64,000 bases of DNA from an uncultured Sangeribacter sp. (GTDB taxonomy: Bacteria; Bacteroidota; Bacteroidia; Bacteroidales; Muribaculaceae). The stretch is from assembly GCA_964581685.1 (NCBI GenBank), contig CAZOPN010000002.1:29400-93399 (forward strand), in the 5' to 3' direction. Shown here in pieces: positions 26,982 to 35,977 of the stretch. A model generated the notes under the pieces. The model did no database searches, was not told where the DNA came from, and saw only the letters and a list, made by a program, of their open reading frames with translations. The position numbers were made by a program, and so were the translations under genes. Numbering within the stretch: position 1 is the stretch's first letter; the number at the start of each line of letters is the position of its first letter.

Positions 26982-27830
26982 TCAGAATGCCTTGAACGAC
27001 ATGTCGAGCCCCTTTACAGAGTGGGTGAGTGCTCCTACTGAAATGAAATCCACTCCGGCTTCGCCATATTTTCTAAGATTATCCAGCGTGATACCTCCTG
27101 AGGATTCCGTTTCCACTTTACCATCTACAAGCGCAACCGCTTCTTTTGTCAGTTCAGGAGAGAAGTTATCAAACATAATTCTGTCGACACCTCCATGTTG
27201 AAGCACACGGCGTATGTCGTCAAGAGATCTGACTTCGACCTCAATCTTAAGATCTTTATTATTCTCTTTGCGGTATTGATCCGCCCGTGTGATTGCTTTT
27301 TCAATTCCTCCGGCAAAATCAATATGATTGTCTTTAATAAGTATCATATCAAAAAGACCGATTCGATGGTTTGTGCCTCCTCCGATTCTGACAGCATCTT
27401 TCTCAAGCATTCGCATTCCCGGGGTTGTCTTGCGTGTATCAAGCACTCTGGTGTGAAGTCCGCGAAGTTCATCCTGATATCGGCGTGTGGTAGTGGCAAC
27501 TCCACTCATTCTTTGCATGATGTTGAGCATTGTCCTTTCAGCTATTAGAAGAGATCTTACGGGGCCTTCCGCAGTGAAAGCTATATCTCCTTTCTTAACC
27601 TCCGCACCATCAGAGAGCAGAATATTCATTTTTATTGATGGATCAACTTTATGAAGCACTTTTTCTGCTACCTCTACTCCGGCAAGTATACCGTCTTCTT
27701 TAATGATAAGGCGAGACCGGCCCATCGCATCGGCCGGAATAGTGGAAAGCGTTGTGTGGTCGCCATCGCCGAGATCTTCTGCAAACGCGAGGTCGAGCAA
27801 CTCATCAATCAATTCAGCTTTGGTCTTCAT
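26982..27830 (-). CDS. nadC: Nicotinate-nucleotide pyrophosphorylase (carboxylating)
   Basis: Quinolinate phosphoribosyltransferase pattern (DLGDGDHTT, DTRKTTPG, IKDNHI, SGGI). Start set at MKTKAEL because a -7 box at 27867-27874 overlaps the longer ORF start at 27869. Confidence 0.88.
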   Translation of the reverse strand: MKTKAELIDELLDLAFAEDLGDGDHTTLSTIPADAMGRSRLIIKEDGILAGVEVAEKVLHKVDPSIKMNILLSDGAEVKKGDIAFTAEGPVRSLLIAERTMLNIMQRMSGVATTTRRYQDELRGLHTRVLDTRKTTPGMRMLEKDAVRIGGGTNHRIGLFDMILIKDNHIDFAGGIEKAITRADQYRKENNKDLKIEVEVRSLDDIRRVLQHGGVDRIMFDNFSPELTKEAVALVDGKVETESSGGITLDNLRKYGEAGVDFISVGALTHSVKGLDMSFKAF

Positions 27831-27866
27831 GATTTTTAAAATTTGAAGATTTCTTGTAATTTTACG

Positions 27867-27874
27867 CAAAGATA
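27867..27874 (-). promoter_or_regulatory. Candidate -7 box (TATCTTTG on the minus strand) for nadC
   Basis: Exact TAnnTTTG match 37 nt upstream of the chosen nadC ATG. Confidence 0.4.
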
Positions 27875-27888
27875 AGAAAAAATTTCAA

Positions 27889-28362
27889 ATGGAAATAGAA
27901 TTACTTACAGTCGGCCGGACGCTAACCGGTTTTGTCAATGCGGGAATTGCTGAATATGAAAAACGCCTTAAACATTATATTCCTTTTTCAATTGTTTCGT
28001 TACCTGATATCCGCAATACGCGTTCACTCACGGAGGCCAGACAAAAGGAGATGGAAGGAGAGCAGATTTTAGGACGCATCCAGCCGTCGGATTTTATTGT
28101 TCTTCTCGATGAGAGGGGCAGGGAGTACACATCAATGGAATTTTCCGGTTTTATCGAAAAACTAATGCTTTCCGGCCGAAAAAAAATAAGATTTGTGGTT
28201 GGCGGTCCTTATGGTTTTTCTGATGCTGTCTATTCGAGGGCTGATTCGAAGCTTTCGCTGTCGAAGATGACATTCAACCATGAGATGGTAAGGCTTTTTT
28301 TTACAGAGCAGATTTATCGTGCAATGACTATTCTTCGAGGTGAGCCTTATCATCATGAATAG
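27889..28362 (+). CDS. rlmH: 23S rRNA (pseudouridine1915-N3)-methyltransferase
   Basis: 157 aa SPOUT protein with the YEKRL...LDERG...FVVGGPYG...LSLSKMTFNHEM...EQIYRA pattern. Confidence 0.9.
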   Translation: MEIELLTVGRTLTGFVNAGIAEYEKRLKHYIPFSIVSLPDIRNTRSLTEARQKEMEGEQILGRIQPSDFIVLLDERGREYTSMEFSGFIEKLMLSGRKKIRFVVGGPYGFSDAVYSRADSKLSLSKMTFNHEMVRLFFTEQIYRAMTILRGEPYHHE

Positions 28363-29722
28363 CTTCAGAGTTCACCCTTCCTTGTTCAGTTTTGGCAGAA
28401 GTCTCGGAAGTGTTTTTATTCTTTCTTTTTTTACCGAATACCCGGTTAAGTTTTGGCATGAATGACAGCATCACCAGAACAGCCATCACAGCCATATAAA
28501 GCAAAGAAAGGTTTGTGAGAATTGCCCGGTTGTCACGTCCGAAGCTTAATGGGTCACCCGAGGTCTCCGGTGACATAAAGTCGTCAATATTAATGGCTCG
28601 CAAGGAGCTTTTCCAGACTATCATGCCGTCAGAGAGGAATACGACAGCCGGGTTTCCCCGGGCCACTTCCTTTATAGCCGTATCATCAGCAGAATAGATT
28701 TCATATTCCGGCATTGAGAGATCTTTCCAGTTTTCAATGTCACCGATACTTCCGGAGACGGCTGCGATCATGTCGATATTATTTTTTTCGGCCCAATTAT
28801 AGAGGGAGTTGATTTTCCAGGTTGTGGCAATAGAGACAGAGCTTATATCCGGCATAAGCAGGAGAAGTTGTTTCCCTTCATTGCCGATCACTTCTTCCGT
28901 GACATCGAGCGTTCCCCGATCATCCCATAATCTTAGGTTTTTTTCAGATTCATTCAGTTTGGGTTCTGATAATTTTGCCGTCTGGCGGCGCTCCACGAAT
29001 TTCCAACCATCCTCTTCCTCCGGTAGGATATCGCTTTCTGAAAACTCTTTGCGAATGCCATCTTTTTCGTATATAAAAATCAGGCCGCCATCACTATCTC
29101 CCTCATCAATATCTTCAATAATAGAAACTCCTTCCGGATAGGGGCGAAAATCAAGAAGAGGCTGATAAATATATCCGATCAAGCCGATTATCGTTATAAA
29201 TACCCCGGTTGTTACGAGTGCAATCCATTGCAAGGCAGGAGTTATCAGACACCCTGCTTTCTTATTATAACGGATTAACCAGACAGCAAAAATAGTAAGG
29301 ACAACGTTTTTCCAGAATGTAGCCCAATTGGATATGATGAAGGCATCTCCGAAACATCCGCAGTCGGCCACAGGATTTGACATGGCAATCCAAAGTGTCA
29401 GCGGAAGCATAACGCACATAAAAGCCATGCAACACCATACAGCGGAGCGCCGGAAGCATCCGAACACGATAAAGATACCGATAATAAATTCGGCTCCAAA
29501 GAGAAGGAATACCGAAACCAACACAAGATTAGGCCATACCGTGAGGCCCATAGCCCCGAGATAATCATTAACCTTGTAGAGTGTTCCCCAAGGGTCAATG
29601 GCCTTTACAAATCCTGAAAATATGAAGACGCCACCGGTTAATAACCGGATAAACCATGTTATGAGGGTCAGGAGGCGATTATTGGTTGTCGGAATGAAGT
29701 TTAATGAGAGCAAAGAGCGCAT
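28328..29722 (-). CDS. MauE/DoxX-like membrane domain fused to a soluble (thioredoxin-fold-like?) domain
   Basis: 464 aa. The N-terminal 5-TM region with GGVFIFSGFVKAIDPWG resembles DoxX/MauE. It is followed by a soluble region of about 200 aa, a further TM helix and a Lys-rich tail. Family call is from memory. Confidence 0.45.
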   Translation of the reverse strand: MRSLLSLNFIPTTNNRLLTLITWFIRLLTGGVFIFSGFVKAIDPWGTLYKVNDYLGAMGLTVWPNLVLVSVFLLFGAEFIIGIFIVFGCFRRSAVWCCMAFMCVMLPLTLWIAMSNPVADCGCFGDAFIISNWATFWKNVVLTIFAVWLIRYNKKAGCLITPALQWIALVTTGVFITIIGLIGYIYQPLLDFRPYPEGVSIIEDIDEGDSDGGLIFIYEKDGIRKEFSESDILPEEEDGWKFVERRQTAKLSEPKLNESEKNLRLWDDRGTLDVTEEVIGNEGKQLLLLMPDISSVSIATTWKINSLYNWAEKNNIDMIAAVSGSIGDIENWKDLSMPEYEIYSADDTAIKEVARGNPAVVFLSDGMIVWKSSLRAINIDDFMSPETSGDPLSFGRDNRAILTNLSLLYMAVMAVLVMLSFMPKLNRVFGKKRKNKNTSETSAKTEQGRVNSEAIHDDKAHLEE

Positions 29723-30230
29723 AATTAATCATGTCCATATAATTGGCATCTACACCTTCGCTGATAAGTGTCTTGCCGCTGTGTGATTCAATCTCTTTGG
29801 TACGCAGCAATTTCTGTAGAATAATATCGGTGTAGCTGCTGATACGCATCTGTCGCCATGCTTCGTCGTAGTCGTGGTTTTTATTCATCATCAGAGCTGT
29901 GGCGCGTTCTATCTGCTCTGTATAAAGTTCCAGAGCTTTTTCAGAAGATATCGGTTGGCCGGCTCCGAGTTTGAGCTGAATGAGGGCAATTGCGCAGTAA
30001 TTTACAATCCCTATATACTCAGGTTCAATTCCTTCATTGACGGCTGCCTTATCCATTCCTTTCTCCTCAAGAGAGCGGATTCGGCAAGCCTTGATATATA
30101 TCTGGTCGGTGAGACTTGAAGGACGCATTATACGCCAGGAAGTGCCGTAGTCAATTAGTTTTTTCTCAAAGATATCGCGACATATTCTCTTTGCGTCGGC
30201 AAATTCTTTGACTGTATCCGGTTTTTTCAT
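29679..30230 (-). CDS. DUF1599-like protein
   Basis: 183 aa with an internal duplication (YGTSWRIMRPSSLTDQIYIKACRIRSLEE and YDEAWRQMRISSYTDIILQKLLRTKEIE), as I recall for DUF1599. Confidence 0.5.
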   Translation of the reverse strand: MKKPDTVKEFADAKRICRDIFEKKLIDYGTSWRIMRPSSLTDQIYIKACRIRSLEEKGMDKAAVNEGIEPEYIGIVNYCAIALIQLKLGAGQPISSEKALELYTEQIERATALMMNKNHDYDEAWRQMRISSYTDIILQKLLRTKEIESHSGKTLISEGVDANYMDMINYALFALIKLHSDNQ

Positions 30231-30294
30231 AATCTTTGTGCTTTTGAACCCGATTAGGATTTCTTTAGCAAGGTTAGTGTTGGCTTTGGAAAAG

Positions 30295-30302
30295 CAAAAT
30301 TA
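30295..30302 (-). promoter_or_regulatory. Candidate -7 box (TAATTTTG on the minus strand) for the DUF1599 gene
   Basis: Exact TAnnTTTG 65 nt upstream of the ATG at 30230. Confidence 0.35.
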
Positions 30303-30366
30303 GTTTAATCTTAATTAATTTGCAAATGGCGCCTTTGGTATATGTTATATGAGCATGAAAGAGTGT

Positions 30367-30387
30367 TTTTTATGATTCGCTGCCTAA
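30367..30387 (+). repeat. Conserved motif, copy c (TTTTATGATTCGCTGCCTAAG), half-site without left arm
   Basis: Identical 21-mer to 11657-11677. No AGGCNGC partner upstream. Confidence 0.5.
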
Positions 30388-30427
30388 GATGGGTGTCAGA
30401 AAATTTTTATTAGTGGGCAAATGTTGT

Positions 30428-30435
30428 TATATTTG
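30428..30435 (+). promoter_or_regulatory. Candidate -7 box (TATATTTG) for aguA
   Basis: Exact TAnnTTTG 70 nt upstream of the ATG at 30505. Confidence 0.35.
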
Positions 30436-30504
30436 AAAATTAAATGAAACATACCTGCAAGTTTCTCTCCATCGGTGAAATTTGTAACGAACAAAATTAT
30501 ATAT

Positions 30505-31527
30505 ATGGCAAATCACGACATACGTTTTATCGCAGAATGGGAAACGCAAAAAGGAATTCTGCTGGCGCTCCCCGAACCTCATACTGATTGGAATTATATC
30601 CTTGATGAGGCCAGAGATCAGTATAGGCGTCTCATAAAGGCTTTAAGCGATCATGGTAACCGTTGTTTGGTAGCTTGTGCAGACAAAGAGAGTGCGGAAG
30701 AACTGTTAAGTGATTGTGACCAAGAATTCATCACTCTTTTTGAAGCTCGTTATAATGACACATGGACACGTGATTACGGTCCTATTTCGGTAGTTCGGGG
30801 AGAACGCCTGCGCGCTCTTGATTTTGGATTTAACGGGTGGGGTCTTAAGTTTGCAGCTGATAAAGACAACCTGATGAATCTTCAGATGAGAGATCGGCTA
30901 CTTATTCTGCCGGATATGTATAGGAATGAACGGTCGTTTATTCTTGAAGGCGGATCTGTTGAAAGCGATGGTAGAGGAACCGTGCTTACAACCTCTCGAT
31001 GTCTACTATCACCAAATAGAAACGGAGGAAAATCAAAAAAGGAGATTGCGGATATTCTTGGAGAACGTCTTGGCACAGATCATGTTCTTTGGCTTGACTA
31101 TGGTGCTCTTGCCGGAGATGACACCGATTCGCATATCGATACTCTTTGCCGTATGGCTCCGAATGATACGATTCTTTTTACGGGCTGCCGCGACATGGAC
31201 GATATTCATTTTGAAGATCTACTCGAAATGAGAGCACAGTTATCGATGTTCCGTAATGCTTCGGGCGAGCCTTATAATCTTGTGGAACTTCCACTTCCTG
31301 CTGCTATCTATGATGAGGACGGTATGCGGCTCCCTGCCTCATACGCTAATTATCTTATCACCAATAAAGAGATATTTATGCCCGTTTATGGTCAGCCTGA
31401 GAATGACCTGCTTGCCTGTCAGACAATACGCATCGCTTTTCCTGACAGAGAGATCGTTCCGATTGATTGCACCACTCTAATAAAGCAACATGGGTCGTTG
31501 CATTGTGCTACAATGCAATTGCATTAA
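30505..31527 (+). CDS. aguA: Agmatine deiminase
   Basis: MANHDIRFIAEWETQKGILLALP..., NDTWTRDYGP, GGSVESDGRGT, DTDSHIDT and GSLHCATMQ (catalytic Cys) motifs. The ATG at 30505 is preferred over the upstream GTG at 30475. Confidence 0.9.
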   Translation: MANHDIRFIAEWETQKGILLALPEPHTDWNYILDEARDQYRRLIKALSDHGNRCLVACADKESAEELLSDCDQEFITLFEARYNDTWTRDYGPISVVRGERLRALDFGFNGWGLKFAADKDNLMNLQMRDRLLILPDMYRNERSFILEGGSVESDGRGTVLTTSRCLLSPNRNGGKSKKEIADILGERLGTDHVLWLDYGALAGDDTDSHIDTLCRMAPNDTILFTGCRDMDDIHFEDLLEMRAQLSMFRNASGEPYNLVELPLPAAIYDEDGMRLPASYANYLITNKEIFMPVYGQPENDLLACQTIRIAFPDREIVPIDCTTLIKQHGSLHCATMQLH

Positions 31528-31653
31528 TTTCTTTGATTATTTTAAACCTCTTCTCTTATCCGGATCGAAAATAGACTTAAGTATTGCTAACGGACGCATC
31601 AATATTTAAGAAGGTTTTCCAAATTTTAGAAATTATTATTTTTATAAGATCTG

Positions 31654-32541
31654 ATGAAAAAAAATTTAAAAATAGGGATAATTCAACATTCTTTCGTGGA
31701 GGATGTGGAACTGAATATGGCATCCAATCTTCGTGCAATTGAGAATCTTGCTAATGAAGGAGCAAATCTTATTGTATTATCGGAGCTTCATGACTCACTC
31801 TATTTCTGTCAGACAGAAGATGTTGAAAATTTCAACTATGCACAAACTCTTCCCGGAGAATTTACGGATTTTTATGGCAAAGTTGCCGCTGATAATAATG
31901 TGGTGATTGTTTCGAGCACTTTTGAGCGAAGAGCTCCCGGACTTTATCATAACACCGCCGTCGTCTTCGAGAGCGACGGCAGTGTGGCAGGCATGTATAG
32001 GAAAATGCATATACCTGATGATCCGGGCTTTTACGAGAAGTTTTATTTCACTCCGGGAGATCTTGGATTCGAACCGATAGAAACAAGTGTCGGACGTCTT
32101 GGAGTGCTCGTATGCTGGGACCAATGGTATCCGGAGGCAGCCCGACTGATGGCCATGCGAGGAGCGGAAATTCTTATTTATCCTACAGCCATAGGATGGA
32201 ATCCTGATGATACATCGGAGGAAAAAGAGCGTCAGCGTGAAGCCTGGATTCTTATTCAGCGTTCGCATGCCGTAGCAAACGGTTTACCTGTTGTAAGTGT
32301 AAACCGGTGTGGCTTTGAGGAGGATCCCTCGGGACAGACCTCCGGCATTGATTTCTGGGGGTCAAGTTTTGTATGTGGTCCGCAAGGTGAGATTCTTTAC
32401 CGGGCGGGCGAAAATAGCGTTGCTGAAGAGGTGATAGTCATAGATGCTGACAGAACTGAGAATGTAAGGCAATGGTGGCCATATTTTCGTGACCGCCGAA
32501 TCGATTGCTATGAGGGACTCACTCAACGTTTTTTGATCTAA
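31654..32541 (+). CDS. aguB: N-carbamoylputrescine amidase (nitrilase superfamily)
   Basis: 295 aa. The CN-hydrolase E-K-C triad context (LSELH, YRKMHIPD, VLVCWDQWYPE) and adjacency to aguA. Confidence 0.85.
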   Translation: MKKNLKIGIIQHSFVEDVELNMASNLRAIENLANEGANLIVLSELHDSLYFCQTEDVENFNYAQTLPGEFTDFYGKVAADNNVVIVSSTFERRAPGLYHNTAVVFESDGSVAGMYRKMHIPDDPGFYEKFYFTPGDLGFEPIETSVGRLGVLVCWDQWYPEAARLMAMRGAEILIYPTAIGWNPDDTSEEKERQREAWILIQRSHAVANGLPVVSVNRCGFEEDPSGQTSGIDFWGSSFVCGPQGEILYRAGENSVAEEVIVIDADRTENVRQWWPYFRDRRIDCYEGLTQRFLI

Positions 32542-32570
32542 TCCCGAATATTATCAGAATTTGTAAAATT

Positions 32571-34040
32571 TCAGAGTGAAATATTACTCATAGCTTTCTG
32601 GAATGCTTCGGCCATGGATTTGGCTGCACGGCGTCCGTCGCCCATTGCGAGGATTACGGTAGCCGGACCGCGAACGATATCTCCGCCGGCATAGATTGCA
32701 GAGGCGGATGATTTCATGGAGTCCTCATCAACCACAATCCCTCCCTGGCGTGTAAGATTAACCATAGGCATGTCCTCGGGGGGGTTGGGTAGGTAACCGA
32801 CACTCACCACGACTATATCCACGGGTATCTCCTCAATGGCTCCTTCGATAGGCACAGGAGAACGTCGTCCCGATTCGTCCGGTTCGCCAAGTCTCATTTT
32901 CTGAAGACGCATGCTTTTCAGAAATCCTTTTTCGTCGGCTACGTATTCCACAGGATTGCTGAGCGTGATAAATTCCGTGCCCTCTTCTATGGCATGGCGA
33001 ATTTCTTCCTCTCTTGCGGGCATCTCTTCCGTGCTGCGACGATAGACGATCATTGCATGTTCCGCTCCCATTCGGATTGCAAATCTCACGGCGTCAATGG
33101 CAGTGTTACCTCCGCCGATCACGGCTACTCTCTTGCCGGTAAGCGGAATTGAGTTTTGGCCAAATGCGGAGGGTCCGGTAAGATTGAGGCGGATAAGATA
33201 TTCGTTTGCCGTCATAACGCCCGGCAGGTTTTCTCCCGGAATACCCATAAATCTCGGCTTTCCCGCTCCTGTTGCAACATATATTCCTTTAAATCCACGT
33301 TTTGTGAGTTCTTCCCATGATATGCTTTTACCGACAAAGCAATCTTTTATAAACTCCACCCCCATATCCCGGAGTTTATTGATTTCGCTCTCGACAACAT
33401 CATTAGGCAGACAAAACTCCGGAATCCCATATTTAAGGACACCTCCAAACTGATCAAGAGCTTCAAAAACTGTGACTTTGAAACCTCTTCGACACATATC
33501 GCCGGCGAAAGACAATCCTGATGGTCCGGAACCTACAACAGCGATCTTAATTGGAATGGTAGGTAATGCAGGGAGAAAGTGGCGTGAGTCATGTTCTCGA
33601 AGTTCGCGTCTATAGTCGGCGGCAAAACGTTCAAGATTACCGATTGAAACGGCTTTTTTCTTCATTTTAATATAAATACATGATGCCTCGCATTGCTTTT
33701 CCTGAGGGCATACTCGTCCGCATACGGCCGGAAGTGCCGTTGTGCGATCGAGCACATCCATTGCGCTTCGAATGTCGCGACGTTCAATATTCTTTATGAA
33801 TCCGGGTATGTCGTTATGCACCGGGCAGCCTTTAACGCATCCGGGATCGGGACAATCAAGACAACGAGTGGCTTCAAGCACGGCTTGATCAAAACTTAAG
33901 CCTTCATTAACTTCTGTTACGCACGTTTTACGGTATTCCGGATCAAGTTCAGGCATTTTAGCACGCGGAATTGCTGTGCGTTGTTTTGCTGTGAGACGCG
34001 CGCGCAGATCAACGCGCCATTTTTCGTTACGGTCTGTCAT
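32571..34040 (-). CDS. GltD/NfnB/SudA-type NADPH-dependent oxidoreductase (glutamate-synthase small-chain homologue)
   Basis: 489 aa. N-terminal Fe-S Cys clusters (CLDCPDPGCVKGCP, CGRVCPQEKQCEASC) and two Rossmann motifs (VVGSGPSG, VIGGGNTAID). Confidence 0.8.
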   Translation of the reverse strand: MTDRNEKWRVDLRARLTAKQRTAIPRAKMPELDPEYRKTCVTEVNEGLSFDQAVLEATRCLDCPDPGCVKGCPVHNDIPGFIKNIERRDIRSAMDVLDRTTALPAVCGRVCPQEKQCEASCIYIKMKKKAVSIGNLERFAADYRRELREHDSRHFLPALPTIPIKIAVVGSGPSGLSFAGDMCRRGFKVTVFEALDQFGGVLKYGIPEFCLPNDVVESEINKLRDMGVEFIKDCFVGKSISWEELTKRGFKGIYVATGAGKPRFMGIPGENLPGVMTANEYLIRLNLTGPSAFGQNSIPLTGKRVAVIGGGNTAIDAVRFAIRMGAEHAMIVYRRSTEEMPAREEEIRHAIEEGTEFITLSNPVEYVADEKGFLKSMRLQKMRLGEPDESGRRSPVPIEGAIEEIPVDIVVVSVGYLPNPPEDMPMVNLTRQGGIVVDEDSMKSSASAIYAGGDIVRGPATVILAMGDGRRAAKSMAEAFQKAMSNISL

Positions 34041-34798
34041 GAGAAAAGTCGCTGACGATTTAACAATTGGTCGAAATCCACAAGATGTGCATTGAAGATC
34101 GGGCCGTCGATGCAGGTCTGCTTACGTTCGCCACCTACAATTACACGGCATGTCCCGCACAAACCTATTCCATCAATCATTATCATATTGAGTATGCAAT
34201 CAGTAGGGATATTGACTTTTGCAGTTATAGCTGCAATGCTTTTCATCATTTTTGTCGGCCCCGATACGATTACTTTCTCTATTTTTTGTTCACTTAAGGT
34301 TTTCTTAACGACGTCGAGGAGATTTTCCTGAGGAACGAGTTCCACTTTTTTGCTGAATCTCATTATATCGTCAGAAAGACAAGAGGCTTTATCAGAGCTC
34401 TCAGATATGATGGTTGAAACGGAACAACCGTTTTCCGATAATGCCTTGGCAAGCGGAAGAAGAGGAACAAGACCACCTCCGTCGCCACAACAAAGAATTT
34501 TCTTATCGGAATCAATGATAGCCGGTTTCCCAAGCGGACCGAGTAGATCCGTGAGAGCCTCTCCAATCGTGAGTCTGCTGAGGATCTCGTCAAGGCCTTC
34601 CGCTCTGTGAATAATAAAATCGATTATTCCTTCCCGAGTGTCTGCATCCACTATGGAGAATGGAATTCTGACACCCTCTTCCGAGAAGCGTACAATTATA
34701 AAATTTCCCGGCAAAGCTCTTTCGGCAACCTCAGGATTATTAATTCTAAGTCTGACAGTGCGGTTGGAATATGGCTGTATGTCTAATATCTCATTCAT
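34037..34798 (-). CDS. NfnA/SudB-type FAD/NAD-binding ferredoxin-reductase-like subunit with C-terminal 2Fe-2S site
   Basis: 253 aa. RIPFSIV flavin motif and C-terminal CGTCRV...C cluster. 4-nt overlap with the downstream partner. Confidence 0.75.
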   Translation of the reverse strand: MNEILDIQPYSNRTVRLRINNPEVAERALPGNFIIVRFSEEGVRIPFSIVDADTREGIIDFIIHRAEGLDEILSRLTIGEALTDLLGPLGKPAIIDSDKKILCCGDGGGLVPLLPLAKALSENGCSVSTIISESSDKASCLSDDIMRFSKKVELVPQENLLDVVKKTLSEQKIEKVIVSGPTKMMKSIAAITAKVNIPTDCILNMIMIDGIGLCGTCRVIVGGERKQTCIDGPIFNAHLVDFDQLLNRQRLFS

Positions 34799-34953
34799 TT
34801 TGGAATTATATCTGCACGTTAGGTATATCTCATGAAAAAGCTATGGTTATTGTTGATTATGGATCTGTTATTGCATTCGATGCATAATTGGATAAGCTTC
34901 TTTTATGAAATATACTAAAGAGTCGGTTGTGAATGCAAATATACTCAAAAAAT

Positions 34954-34986
34954 AAAAAAGAATGGAACCTGATTCCATTCTTTTTT
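34954..34986 (-). terminator. Rho-independent terminator downstream of 35032-35601
   Basis: AAAAAA-GAATGGAA-CCTGA-TTCCATTC-TTTTTT. Confidence 0.7.
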
Positions 34987-35031
34987 AAAGTTCTTTTGTC
35001 TGTTGTCACAGATTTTTATAATTCCAAGGTG

Positions 35032-35601
35032 TTATTTCTTTTCAACTCTCTTGTCCATTCTATCTTTTTTCTCTTTAGCTCCTCTTTCAAGAATTTTCTT
35101 TCCGGGTGCTTTCTGTCCGATTCTTGCCTGACGGTTTGGTGTCTGGTTGGTCAGATAGGAATTCTCAAGATATGTAACGTATTGGTCGTGAGTCAGAATC
35201 TTCTTGAGATCAGCAAGATATTTAGCATGAATCTCATTCATTTTTGAACGTACATCGATGCGGGCGCTTTTTTCATCATTTTTTGCAGCTTTCATAGCAT
35301 CCTTCAGTTCATTACGAGAAGTCTGCACAGCATTGTCGAGAGCCTTTATTTCTTTCTTCTGAGCATCAGTGAGCTCGATGCCTTTAAAGCGGTCGCAGTC
35401 GCGTTTGCAATCACCGATTGCATCGCAATCCTTGATACTTTCACAATCACCGGTATCGTTGCATTCAACTTTTGCTTCGTTACAAACTTTATTTGATTCA
35501 CATGAATTGTTGCATGCTGCAGAGTTATGATGCTGAGCAAATGCCGGAGTCCCTATTGCAGCTATAGAAAGCAAAGCAAAGGATAAAATTGATTTTTTCA
35601 T
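35032..35601 (-). CDS. Secreted protein: Cys/Asp-rich N-terminal segment plus Spy/CpxP-like (LTxxQ) helical domain
   Basis: 189 aa. Signal peptide, then CNNSCESNKVCNEAKVECNDTGDCESIKDCDAIGDCKRDCD, then IELTDAQKKEIKALD and ILTHDQYVTYLE (LTxxQ-type repeats). Confidence 0.5.
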   Translation of the reverse strand: MKKSILSFALLSIAAIGTPAFAQHHNSAACNNSCESNKVCNEAKVECNDTGDCESIKDCDAIGDCKRDCDRFKGIELTDAQKKEIKALDNAVQTSRNELKDAMKAAKNDEKSARIDVRSKMNEIHAKYLADLKKILTHDQYVTYLENSYLTNQTPNRQARIGQKAPGKKILERGAKEKKDRMDKRVEKK

Positions 35602-35933
35602 ATTTATAAAAATTTAAATTCTATTAATATGACGTTTAAAAAAGAAAATAGTTTATTCGAGGAGCTCAAAAAAATACTTTTAACTGTTGGTTTCAATCCG
35701 TTCTTATGTATGTATTGATTCTTTCTACGGGCTTTATTTTATAAATTTTTATAGGTTTTTATTCTTAAAATTAGAAATGTAATATATTGTTAATTAATAT
35801 GATGGCTTAAAAGAATATTATTTAATGCAGTTTAAATATTTTCAAATAAAAAAAATTTAAGTAATTTTATAATTGGAAACGTAATTAACATTACCGGATT
35901 TATGTATTAATATTCTTTCGTGATTTGATTGCG

Positions 35934-35941
35934 TAAATTTG
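35934..35941 (+). promoter_or_regulatory. Candidate -7 box (TAAATTTG) for the DUF4861-like gene
   Basis: Exact TAnnTTTG 37 nt upstream of the ATG at 35978. Confidence 0.35.
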
Positions 35942-35977
35942 TCCGGTAGAAACTTTTCCACTACATAGATATCTAAA

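Noticed and set aside
34933-35247. 104-aa plus-strand ORF.
   Set aside because: It starts inside a terminator hairpin and is antisense to the signal-peptide-bearing 35032-35601 gene. Phe/Leu/Ser-rich composition is typical of antisense frames.
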